A stretch of 63,677 nucleotides of DNA, the filler included, from Deltaproteobacteria bacterium (GTDB taxonomy: Bacteria > JAEEML01), in assembly GCA_016283195.1 (NCBI GenBank). It is 5 parts of 5 records of this genome, joined end to end, with 100 filler letters (N's around TTAATTAATTAA, not from the genome) between each part and the next. Parts side by side here need not be neighbours in the genome. Positions count along the whole stretch, not along the records: positions 46,260 to 52,109 come from JAEEML010000153.1; positions 52,210 to 58,534 come from JAEEML010000154.1; 3 more parts are not named here. One strand, 5' to 3'. The translations under genes and the position numbers were made by a program. Positions 46,260 through 56,267 of this stretch are shown piece after piece. Numbering within the stretch: position 1 is the first letter of the stretch; every line of letters begins with the position of its first letter. The notes beneath the pieces are model-generated. The model did no database searches. It was not told where the DNA came from and saw only the letters and a program-made list of their open reading frames with translations.

Positions 46260-47146
46260 CAAGTGCCGTCTTCACAGCTTGTACAGTCGAAGGATACTTC
46301 AAAAAGGGCGTAATCACTGGCTGTGGTTTTAGCGCAAATTGTTTTGGTAAACGCAAAACTTGTCGGGGTATAGCCCGATGAGTAATCAAAGCACTCAAAA
46401 TCGCTTTGGGCATCAGGGCATGAGGTCAGCGGATGCACACAACTCACCTCCTCGCCATCAGCGCGCTTGCGGCATAAATGATTATCCGTGCAAGGGGAAA
46501 CTTCTACTTTGCCGCTTATACAATCGACAGTAGCTTTACTATCGGCAGAGCATTTGCTTTTAAAGGTAAAATCATTGCAGCGTTTGCCTTCATCGGGGTC
46601 AAGCAGAAGACAGCCTGAATTATCCTCATTGCAAGCCCCATGGCGGCAAGCGGAAGTAATGGTATTGGCATAATAATTTCCATCTTCTGCTTTTTCGCAC
46701 AAGGTGACTTTTGTACTATAAATATCGTGATCTTCATCGGAGAGTTCGTTGTCTTTGCCGCAACTGGTGACCATCGGGATATCTTTATTGCAAGCTGTGG
46801 TACACACGCCGTCATTATAAGCGCCGCTGCCAAAAACGGCACAGCTTAGACCGCTGGCTTTACAATCCTGTTCTTTTTCCCAAATTCCGCTCTCTTCGCT
46901 GCCTAAAATAGCCATAGTAGAATCACAGACAAATAGCACGCCGTCTTGGCAACGGTAGTTTTCGGCATCATAATTGCAAGTATCACCGGCTTTTATGGCT
47001 GGTTGCTGCTGGCTCGGCTTTTTATCGCTACTCCCATCCGGGGTTTGTTCCTCTGAAGAGGGCTTATTGTTTTTGTTATTGCAAGCGGTAAAGGATAAAA
47101 CAATAAGTGAGCTTAAAATAAGTCTTTTTAAAAAAATGCTTTTCAT
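46260..47146 (-). CDS. Cys-rich lipoprotein, 3'-truncated at gap
   Basis: Lipobox FTAC, GGAGG RBS, repeated Cys-spaced modules. Confidence 0.8.
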
Positions 47147-47492
47147 CTGTACGGCCTCCTATAAAGCAAGCACTATAGCGACTAAGCAAAATAGCAGCTA
47201 ACGGCTTTTAAGCGCAATACTATAATTTTTTTAAATGTCGGCATAAAATGGATATCTTTTTAAGGAATAGATTCCCCGGCTTAAGAGTTAGAAGATAGCG
47301 GTTTCTTGATCTCAAGGGAGATTAAAATGGTGCGGATCTTATTACCTTTTTTGCTATTAATCTCGGTTCCTGGATGTGTATCCATGCATTGTGAGAGTTC
47401 TGTTTCGGCCGGCGGATCCACGACAACCAAGAGCACTTGCTATCGTCAATATGACACACCTTTTAGCGGCGGCCGTTTTTAATTTAAAAAAG

Positions 47493-48605
47493 CTATTTTT
47501 GCTGAGCTTCGGTTTGGCTTTCCGGGAGCGGCTGAATAAATTCCTGGGCCACAAATATTTCGCTGCCTCTCGCGCCTGGGCGGTGAGCAATGCCCATGCC
47601 GGCCTGGGTATAGAGGGGATTTAATATGGCATAGCGATGCAGAGGACTTGTCATAAGCAAATAATGGGCCGAAAGAATATCGGCGGCGTGCGCGATATTT
47701 TCCGCCATTGAGCCGAAAACGGCCCCCTCTTCTTGCAACAGATCGGCCGGGGTGCCTCTGGCTGAGGTATGGCTTAATTCGCCGCTTTTAGCCAGTTCCA
47801 TGGCGCGGATGCGGGCCACTTTGGCTGCTTTGGCATTATATTTTAGATCTTTTAAACCGAGAGCCCGGCGGCTCATGTTGATTAGGTATAAAAGTTTTTC
47901 CTCTTCGTCGCCTGTTGGCGGCAAATTAGCTTGTCCCAGCCAGGCGGGCGCCGTGTTGGTAACGGGAATATTTACAAAAATAGGCACATTTAAAAGCACC
48001 TTGGGCCCTTTAGGGCCGGTAGCCATGATTTCCACCTGGTAGCGGCCGGTGGTTAAAGGCAAATTGGCTATATAGGTGTCGCCGCCGGTATGGATTAAGG
48101 ACTTTTGCGCAATTTTTCCGCTCGGGGCAATAAGCCAGATTTCCTGCTTTTTAAAGCCTTTAGGCAGGTAAAAGCGCATGCTGAAAGGTTTACCGGCCGC
48201 TATTTGCATGGCAAAGGGCTCATGCAAGAGCTCGCCGGAAGCCACAATGAGAGCGCAAGTATTAATTCCGCCCTGATGTTTGCAGGCGCTGCCCTGGATA
48301 GTAATGGGCGGCCTTTGCCCTCTTTCGGGCAGGGCGGTTTGTAATTCTCTAATAATATCCTCTTGTTTTGCCGCTGCTGATTGGTAATAAACGTTTATGT
48401 CACTAAGGCTTATCCCCAGCGAATTAAGCTGCCAGCGCACTTTGAGAACCGATGGAATTTGCTTTTGATTTATGGCCCAAGCGGCGCCCTCTTTGAGCCG
48501 GGCATCAGTGGGAATGTCGGTGCTCATGCTATTATAACCCGGTGTTTTGTAAAGGGGAGCGGCAGCTAGGGCACAGGCAAAGAATAGAGCCGGGCCGTAC
48601 ATCAT
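47493..48605 (-). CDS. Secreted CAP/SCP-domain protein
   Basis: Signal peptide; LIN-x2-R-x3-GL-x2-L, LSH, AENIA and LM-x-SP-x-HR-x2-IL motifs. Confidence 0.8.
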   Translation of the reverse strand: MMYGPALFFACALAAAPLYKTPGYNSMSTDIPTDARLKEGAAWAINQKQIPSVLKVRWQLNSLGISLSDINVYYQSAAAKQEDIIRELQTALPERGQRPPITIQGSACKHQGGINTCALIVASGELLHEPFAMQIAAGKPFSMRFYLPKGFKKQEIWLIAPSGKIAQKSLIHTGGDTYIANLPLTTGRYQVEIMATGPKGPKVLLNVPIFVNIPVTNTAPAWLGQANLPPTGDEEEKLLYLINMSRRALGLKDLKYNAKAAKVARIRAMELAKSGELSHTSARGTPADLLQEEGAVFGSMAENIAHAADILSAHYLLMTSPLHRYAILNPLYTQAGMGIAHRPGARGSEIFVAQEFIQPLPESQTEAQQK

Positions 48606-48617
48606 GGGGTACCTCTA

Positions 48618-48654
48618 CTAAAAGGGGCGGCAGGATTGCGCCTGCCGCCCCTTC
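48618..48654 (-). terminator. Strong intrinsic-terminator-like hairpin just upstream of the CAP gene RBS
   Basis: Minus strand AAGGGGCGGCAGG-CGCAAT-CCTGCCGCCCCTT followed by further T residues. Confidence 0.6.
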
Positions 48655-48936
48655 GGGCAGAAGACGGAGGGGAAGCCTCTGCCAAACACTCCACGCCACA
48701 CCATTATGGCCGGGGTGAACATGGAAAAACTCTACCGCGGGCACCTAGCACCGGGGAGAAACCGGCGAATCCTTACGATCTGCCGGACAAAAATGCTCTA
48801 GCACTTTTGCTAAAAAGGTCAAAAAAGCGGCCAACTATTACAGAATAAATAAGTTACATTTAAAAAAAATAGTGCACTCTATGAATAAATAAACTATAGC
48901 CATTTTGCCCTTTTGCCGGGCAGTAGAGGTGTTTTT

Positions 48937-50217
48937 ATGAAAATAGCTGTTATCTTTTTGCTGGTTTTACTTACGGCCTGCGGCTCCACCAATAATAATG
49001 CGGAGCCCAAACAAAAGCCCCGGGCAGATAGCCCCAAAACCGATGATACTAAAACCAATAACGCCGATGGCTGCTCGGAAATAAATCCTTTTGCCGTACC
49101 TTCTTTCAACAATACTTATTCGTTTAAGGATATGGACGGCCGGCCCTATCTGGTAAAATACGGCGAGGCGGCGCTTATGAGAGGTGGGCACGAACTCTTT
49201 TGGGCTATCTCACCGGAGCATGAGGGCTATCGGCAACAATACAAACTGGAATGTTCTTGTGAAAGCTGTACGCTTAAATTATCTGATTATTATTCGGAAT
49301 ATACCCAGAATGCTGTTACCGATTTTACTAAAGAGGAAGTTTTAACGCCCAGCGAAGATACTATTTTCTTTCCCTCCACCAAAGTTACCACGCTGCTGAT
49401 AGATGAAGAGCTTAGAGGTAACTATTATTTGCCGACTGATAGCACTTATCAAGACCCTTATGTGGAAATTTCGGCAGTGAGTATTACTGTGGGTGATAAA
49501 GATTCTTATATGATTTTTGACCTTATAGACAAGCTCCCGGAAAGTCGCTATTTGCTGCATTACAATTCCGGCATTAACATCGACCCAACTCTGCCCATGG
49601 CGACGCAGCAGGGTAACTGGTTCGGCGTTTTAAAGCTTAGTCCGGCCGGGGCAGCGGAGTGCGGCGTTTGCCACCATGAGCATGGTAAGAAATTCTTATT
49701 TAATCTTTCGGGCACTTGGTCGCATTATCGCTCTATAGCCAAAGACTTTGCTACCTACCCGGCAGCCGATAAAGAGCTTGTGACTATTGATTTTTCTACT
49801 TGTAATCTCGATGAATTGCCCTATCCGACCGGCCTTTCCGGTTCCTGGCTTTCTGATGGTGGCAGCTGGTATTTTGATTTTAGCGGTAATTCTAAAAATC
49901 CATACGATACCAGAGAGTTACATTATGCGGAAACCGCTTCTAGCAATAATGCTACTTACCGCATGATTTTTACTTACGGCTCTTTAAGAGGCTTTGTTTT
50001 AAGCGATCCCAACCGTTACAATAACCTTTATACTTATGTCATGGAAGCCACCAAGAGAGATGAAAAGTGCTGGAATTTAAAGCATAATCTTGATGATAGC
50101 CAGTGCTGTCATTACGATGACTTTGGCGACTATGTTTGCAGCTGTGCTTATTTTGGAAATCCGGAAAATATTATCCCGCAGACTAATGAGACAATTTGCC
50201 GCTCTGCCGGTGATTGA
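48937..50217 (+). CDS. Lipoprotein of unknown function
   Basis: AGAGGT RBS, MKIAVIFLLVLLTAC lipobox, several Cys pairs. Confidence 0.8.
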   Translation: MKIAVIFLLVLLTACGSTNNNAEPKQKPRADSPKTDDTKTNNADGCSEINPFAVPSFNNTYSFKDMDGRPYLVKYGEAALMRGGHELFWAISPEHEGYRQQYKLECSCESCTLKLSDYYSEYTQNAVTDFTKEEVLTPSEDTIFFPSTKVTTLLIDEELRGNYYLPTDSTYQDPYVEISAVSITVGDKDSYMIFDLIDKLPESRYLLHYNSGINIDPTLPMATQQGNWFGVLKLSPAGAAECGVCHHEHGKKFLFNLSGTWSHYRSIAKDFATYPAADKELVTIDFSTCNLDELPYPTGLSGSWLSDGGSWYFDFSGNSKNPYDTRELHYAETASSNNATYRMIFTYGSLRGFVLSDPNRYNNLYTYVMEATKRDEKCWNLKHNLDDSQCCHYDDFGDYVCSCAYFGNPENIIPQTNETICRSAGD

Positions 50218-50282
50218 AAATTATTTAATATCCTGTTAAAAAGAGGCGGTTTTGGCCTTTAAGTTAAGGCAGAGGAGTTTTT

Positions 50283-52109
50283 ATGAACAGTGAATTACCA
50301 TCCTGGGCCGAGGAGCTAAAAAATAAATATTTACGTGGTGAGGCCTCGCAATTTATTTTGGCCGGCAATGTTTACGACTATCTCCTTTACAATAATGAGC
50401 TGGTGACTCTTAACGAATTTTTGGAAAAAGTGCTTTTGGACAAAAGCCGGGAAACTATTATTACTTACAATACAGCCACCGGTTCGCGCTTTTTAAAGAG
50501 AAGCCCCATACTCACCGGCGGCGAGAAACTTTTAGTTAATAAAAGCCCCTCTGACGTCTTGCCGGTTTTTGCTAAAATTTTGAGCGAAAACAACAAAGTC
50601 GCGCTTATTTTGGAATATGCCGAAGCCATTGTGCCGGCCATGGATTGGTCTCTCGCTTCCGAATACGACCGGGCGGCGGTTATCACCATGCATAGCTGGT
50701 CGCTTTCCAAATGGCTGATGAATGCCGATAATATTATCATTATGCTCACCGAGACCATAAGTGAGCTAAATAATAAGCTTTTGGCTAATCCCAAAATTGC
50801 CGTTATCAATGTGCCGTTTCCCGGTGCAGAAGAGCGACGGGCACTCATTAAAAAGTTAAATCCCACTATGCCCGATGCTGTTTTAGACATCATGGCCGAG
50901 CAGACAGCCGGTCTAAAGCTTATCCAGATAGAAGCTATTTTAAAGCCAAGCGATGCGCTTTCTGATGATATAACTAGCCGTATTGATTACATATTTAAAC
51001 TCTTAAAAGGCGATGAAGCTAGTCGCCGCCAGCGGGCCGAGAGCTTTGCCAAACTCACTCAGGGTATGAATAAAGAAGAGATTAAAGCCCTGATCGCTCC
51101 GGAAGGGGCGGAGAAAGTAGCAGAAACGCCTAAAGCCGATGTCATAGAGCCTTATAAAAATATTCTCTCCCTCATTTTTAAGCGCAAACGCGAAATTATT
51201 GAAAAAGAGTGCTTTGGCCTGGTGGAAATTGTGGATAAAAACCATGACTTTTCCGCTGTCGGTGGCAATGAAGGCATTAAAAAGGTGCTCTCCAATATTG
51301 CTGCCAATATGCAAAGCGGCCAGCTCCGGCGGGTGCCGATGGGCCTTCTCTTTGTTGGGCCGATGGGCACCGGTAAAACCTTTGTGGCCGAAGCTTTTGC
51401 CAAAGAGAGCGGCTTTACGGCTATAAAGCTCAAAAATTTCCGCTCCAAATGGGTGGGTTCCACCGAATCTAATTTGGAAAAGATTTTAACTATTGTTAAA
51501 GCTATTGGCCAAGTTATTGTGATTATTGATGAAGGCGACCGCTCCTTTGGTAGCACCGGCGATAGTGACGGCGGCACCGGCAGCCGGGTTATTGCTCGTT
51601 TGAAAGAATTTATGAGTGATACCACCAATCGTGGGCGCATTCTCTTTATTATGATGACCAACAGACCTGATAAGCTGGATGTGGATCTTAAACGCGCCGG
51701 CCGTCTCGATCGCAAAATTCCCTTCTTCTACAGCGATGAACCGCAGGAAATCGAGTCGGTATTAAGAGCTGTTTTTGCTCGCAACAAGATTGAGCTCAGT
51801 TTTGATCTGGCTAAAAACCGGGCCAAGATAGCGGCCAAATTGCTAACTTATTCCAATGCCGATATTGAAGCTGTTGCTCTTTTGGCTGCTGATATTGCCG
51901 CCATGCAGGAAGCAGACAAGGTAAAACTTGCCCACATGGAACAGGCAATAAACGATTACCTGCCGGCCCGCGATGCCAATATGCTGCGCTATATGGAACT
52001 TTTGGCGGTCTTTGAATCATCGAGCCGCGATATGTTACCGAAGCGTTATCAAGATCTTAGCAAAGAAGAACTTTTGGCCGAGTTGGCTCGGGCCAAGGCC
52101 AAAGCGCTG
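50283..52109 (+). CDS. AAA+ ATPase (SpoVK/Ycf46-like, degenerate N-terminal AAA module), 3'-truncated
   Basis: [24 protein letters not shown] and MTNRPDKLD-x2-LKRAGRLD. Confidence 0.88.
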
Positions 52110-52209
52110 NNNNNNNNNNNNNNNNNNNNNNNNNNNNNNNNNNNNNNNNNNNNTTAATTAATTAANNNNNNNNNNNNNNNNNNNNNNNNNNNNNNNNNNN
52201 NNNNNNNNN
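52110..52209. other. Assembly gap / artificial contig linker
   Basis: N-run with TTAATTAATTAA. Confidence 0.97.
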
Positions 52210-52879
52210 CCTCGCCAACTATTTTGGCGGCGTGGAAGGCTTAAAAGGCCGCAAAATCGCCATGACCTGGGCCTATAGCCCCTCTTACGGCAAGCCGCTC
52301 TCCGTGCCCCAGGGCATCATCACTTTGATGACCCGCTTTGGTATGGAAGTTACTTTGGCCCACCCCGAGGGCTATGACCTCATGCCCCACACCATCGACA
52401 TTGCCAAAAAGAATGCCAAAGCCAGCGGCGGCAAGTTCACCGTGGTAAACAGCATGGAAAAGGCCTTTAAAGATGCCGATATCGTCTATCCCAAGAGCTG
52501 GGCACCCTTCTCCATCATGGAAGAGCGCACCGTGCTTTTGAACAACAAAGATAATGACGGCCTTAAAGAGCTGGAAAAGAAGTGCCTGGCCAACAATGCC
52601 AAGTTCAAAAATTGGGAATGCACCGAAGAGCTGATGAAAAAGACCGCCGACGGCGAAGCTCTCTATATGCACTGCCTGCCGGCCGATATCACCGGCGTCT
52701 CCTGCAAAGAGGGCGAAGTGGCGGCCAGCGTTTTTGAAAAATACCGCCTTGACACCTATGCCGAAGCTGGCCACAAGCCCTATATCATCGCCGCTATGAT
52801 CCTGCTCTGCCGCTTCCGCGACCCAGCTGCTGTGCTCGATGCTCTGCGCCGCAATGCCATCCCGCGCATTGGCCTCTAA
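52210..52879 (+). CDS. ygeW: Knotted carbamoyltransferase YgeW, 5'-truncated
   Basis: AMTWAYSPSYGKPLSVPQG, VYPKSWAP and YMHCLPADITGVSC. Confidence 0.9.
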
Positions 52880-53016
52880 GTTTTAATTTCTACCTGCCTT
52901 GATATTTTGCACAGCCGCATAAAATAATGTTACAAAAAATAAGCATCCTATAAGCACAGTTGGCGATAAACTTACGCGTAGCTTTTATGCTGCTTTTTTG
53001 CAGATGAGGTTTTGCT

Positions 53017-54390
53017 ATGAGTGCCATTAACGCTATTAATAATAATGCTTTTACTTTAAATAATAACGTGGCTTTAGCCGAGCCGCTAGCAAACGAAGAG
53101 GCCCCTATCAAAGAGGCTAAGACGCCGCTTGGCCAAAAACCGGTAGCCAGTAACAGCTGGGGCACCGATACTTACGATAATAAGATAAATCCCCTCTCGG
53201 CTGAAGCGCGTAACATAGCCGCCGACGAGCACCAAACATATAATCTTAACGGTGGCTTCAGCGCTACCAGAACGCGCTCTTCTATCGGCCATGATGATGC
53301 TTATTTTAAAACATTGGCCCCGGTTAATAGCCCAGCTGTAAATAATGGCGATTTTGGCGGCTATGATGTCCATATCGATGGCTCCAGCACCAAAGTTGCT
53401 ACCCACGGTGGGCAGGAGCTTGGCGACTATATCAGCGGCATTTCTGTACGGGAGGGCTCTTTAATTGGCAGTGACAAGGCCGGCGCGGCTTTTTCCAATG
53501 GTATATCCTGGAATAATGAAGCGCTTTCTGCCGCTATTCGCCTAAATAGCTTTATGCTTGACGGGCGTTATAACTTTCGCCCCGGTGAGGAGAGCGGCGC
53601 TTTAAGCAGCAACATGGGGACTCTTGGCGGCTCCGGTTTTGGCTCTTTGCGCTATTTATTTGCCAAGAACCGCCTTTTGCAAGGTACCATCGGCTTTACC
53701 GCCGGCAGAGCTCCGAATCTCGGCAGCGAGGGCACAACAGTTTTGGCCTTGGGTGGCCATGTTAACAGCCACATTTTTGACCATTCATTTTTAGATGATA
53801 GCCTGCGCCTCTCCATTGATGCCCAGAGCAAAATGTCCCTGCCGCTTTTAAGCCCTAATCCCGGCACCAATGTTCTTAACAATATGACACTAAATTCTTT
53901 GGTTACCGTCGGCGCGGAGTTTGATTTATCCTCTAGTGTTACTTTGGGCGCCAAATACAGCGAAAATTATGATCCGCTTCACGGCTTAAAACATCTCGCC
54001 ACTCCCGGGGCCGGCCTGCTTAATACGCCCATTAGCCGCTTTGCCGAAGTATCGGCTGCTTACGGCCGGGAAAATTTTGATGTGGCAGCCAATATCTATG
54101 TGCCGGTTTCCATTTATGACAGCGCCTTTTCAGATAATGTAACCTGGAATGTGCAAAGCGGCTATGGCTTTGATGTGCTGGACGGGCTTTTCCATGCCGG
54201 TGTTTCGGCTTCGGTGAGCGGCCATTTTGCTGCCGCCCCCGTCTCCAAAGTGAGCGGTAATTTGCATTTTGGCCCGCTTAGTGCCGGGGCTTTTGTTTCC
54301 GGTATTGATAGCGGCAAGCTCTCGGTTGGCTTTAATGCCTCTTTAAGCCTCTCCGCCGCCTCGTTAGTGGCTCTTTGGGGCCTCAAATAA
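53017..54390 (+). CDS. Hypothetical Gly/Ser-rich, beta-strand-rich protein without Sec signal peptide
   Basis: 457-aa ORF, GAGG RBS, alternating hydrophobic pattern, hydrophobic C-terminus. Confidence 0.7.
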   Translation: MSAINAINNNAFTLNNNVALAEPLANEEAPIKEAKTPLGQKPVASNSWGTDTYDNKINPLSAEARNIAADEHQTYNLNGGFSATRTRSSIGHDDAYFKTLAPVNSPAVNNGDFGGYDVHIDGSSTKVATHGGQELGDYISGISVREGSLIGSDKAGAAFSNGISWNNEALSAAIRLNSFMLDGRYNFRPGEESGALSSNMGTLGGSGFGSLRYLFAKNRLLQGTIGFTAGRAPNLGSEGTTVLALGGHVNSHIFDHSFLDDSLRLSIDAQSKMSLPLLSPNPGTNVLNNMTLNSLVTVGAEFDLSSSVTLGAKYSENYDPLHGLKHLATPGAGLLNTPISRFAEVSAAYGRENFDVAANIYVPVSIYDSAFSDNVTWNVQSGYGFDVLDGLFHAGVSASVSGHFAAAPVSKVSGNLHFGPLSAGAFVSGIDSGKLSVGFNASLSLSAASLVALWGLK

Positions 54391-54444
54391 TAATCTTCGC
54401 ATATACTGCAGATAAACCAGGTTTCAAGTCGCAGAATTTAAATT

Positions 54445-55758
54445 TTAGGCTTTATATACATTGTCCAGTTTGGGGCAGACGCCTCTGGTATCCACCACCA
54501 ATTGGGCTTTTTGGGCGAGCTCCGCATAGTCGATGCCGTCGTGCGCGGTAGCGATGATTACCAGGTCATATTGGCCGATATTTTCCAAAGATTCGCTCTT
54601 TTCGCCGGCAAAATGGGCATATTCGCGTGTTTTGCCCACTTCGGGGATAAAGCTATCGGCATAGCGCACCTTGGCTCCCTTTTCGAGGAGCTTGGTCCAA
54701 ATGACAAAAGTGGGGCTTTCGCGGTAATCATCCACATTTTTCTTATAAGCAAGGCCAAGGATGAGTACTTTTGCCCCCTTTAAAGCTTTACCCTGATCGT
54801 TTAGAGCGTCCATGGAGCGGGCAATGACATAATCGGGCATCGCGGTATTTATTTCGCCGGCCAGCTCAATAAAGCGGGTGGAAAGGCCAAATTCCCGCGC
54901 TTTCCAGGTGAGGTAAAAGGGGTCAATAGGGATGCAGTGGCCGCCAAGGCCCGGCCCCGGGTAAAAGGGCATAAAGCCAAAAGGCTTGGTGCTGGCGGCA
55001 GCAATGACTTCCCAAATATCAATGTTCATGCGCTGAAAGAGCACCTTTAGCTCATTGACCATGGCGATATTGATGCAGCGGAAGATATTTTCGAGTAATT
55101 TGGCTGATTCTGCTGCTTCGGCCGAGGAGACAGGCACGGTGCGAATAATAATCTCATCATAGAGCGCTTTAGCTACTTTAAGGCTGCTTGCTGTCACGCC
55201 GCCCACCACTTTGGGAATGGTGGTGGTGCAAAATTGGCCGTTATTGGGATCTTCGCGCTCCGGCGAAAAGGCCGCCCAAAAATCACGATCAAGCTTAAGG
55301 CCGGATTTCTTTTCCAAAATTGGCACTACCACCTCACGGGTGGTGCCGGGGTAAGTAGTAGACTCCAACACTATGAGCTGATCTTTGTGGATATGCGGAG
55401 CAATGGACTCCGCTGAGCCGACAATATAAGAGACATCGGGCTCTCTTTGGTGCGTAAGCGGCGTGGGCACGCAGATGATGAGAGCATCAGCTTCTTTGGC
55501 CAGTGAAAAATCACTGGTGGCCTTAAAAGTGCCGCTGTTTACCGCTTTGGCTACGCGCTCTGCCGGAATATGCTTAATGAGCGAATGACCGCTCATGATG
55601 GTATTTACCGTGCGCTCTGATATATCAAAGCCAATGACTTTGAAGGATTTTTCGGCAAAAGAGAGAGCGAGCGGCAAGCCTACATAGCCAAGGCCGATAA
55701 CACCGACTACCGCCTCTTTGGCTGTTACCTTGCTGATAAAGAGGGAGACATCAGCCAT
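54445..55758 (-). CDS. Nucleotide-sugar dehydrogenase (UDP-GlcNAc/ManNAc 6-dehydrogenase family)
   Basis: IGLGYVGLP, ICVPTP, ESTTYPGTT, FSPERE and GPGLGGHCIPIDP. Confidence 0.92.
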   Translation of the reverse strand: MADVSLFISKVTAKEAVVGVIGLGYVGLPLALSFAEKSFKVIGFDISERTVNTIMSGHSLIKHIPAERVAKAVNSGTFKATSDFSLAKEADALIICVPTPLTHQREPDVSYIVGSAESIAPHIHKDQLIVLESTTYPGTTREVVVPILEKKSGLKLDRDFWAAFSPEREDPNNGQFCTTTIPKVVGGVTASSLKVAKALYDEIIIRTVPVSSAEAAESAKLLENIFRCINIAMVNELKVLFQRMNIDIWEVIAAASTKPFGFMPFYPGPGLGGHCIPIDPFYLTWKAREFGLSTRFIELAGEINTAMPDYVIARSMDALNDQGKALKGAKVLILGLAYKKNVDDYRESPTFVIWTKLLEKGAKVRYADSFIPEVGKTREYAHFAGEKSESLENIGQYDLVIIATAHDGIDYAELAQKAQLVVDTRGVCPKLDNVYKA

Positions 55759-55789
55759 TTTTTAGCTCCTCCCAGAGCCAATGGGCTTT

Positions 55790-56248
55790 TTATTTGCCTA
55801 AAAGGCCAATCATCATGATGCTGGCAACGAGCGAGAGAATGGCGTAAAATTCCGGGAAGGCCGCCAAAATCAGCGTGTTACCAAAAGCTTTGTCGTTACC
55901 GCTGCCATAGGTGGCAATACCGGCGGCGCATACTTTGCCCTGATAAATACCGGAAATAAAGCAGGCAAGGCCAATAGCGAGACCGGCAGCAAAAACTACA
56001 GCGGCTTTATAAGGGCTCATGGTGCTGGTTACTTCGCCGCTAAACATCATAAAAGCTACGAAGCCGTAAATACCCTGGGTAGCCGGCATGGAGGAGAGGA
56101 TCATACCTTTACCAAAGTCGTTTGGCCGTTTTTTGATCATGCCCATAACTGCCTGACCGGCAACAGAGAGCCCCCAGGCCGAACCGGCACCGGCAAGACC
56201 CACCATAAGACCCAAACCTGCGATTGCCAAAATACTCATTTCACTCAT
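55790..56248 (-). CDS. ntpK: V/A-type ATP synthase subunit K (c), 4-TM
   Basis: GSAWG, PATQGIYG, QGKVCA and PEFYAILSL. Confidence 0.92.
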   Translation of the reverse strand: MSEMSILAIAGLGLMVGLAGAGSAWGLSVAGQAVMGMIKKRPNDFGKGMILSSMPATQGIYGFVAFMMFSGEVTSTMSPYKAAVVFAAGLAIGLACFISGIYQGKVCAAGIATYGSGNDKAFGNTLILAAFPEFYAILSLVASIMMIGLLGK

Positions 56249-56267
56249 TTTTTTAACCTCCTACGGT

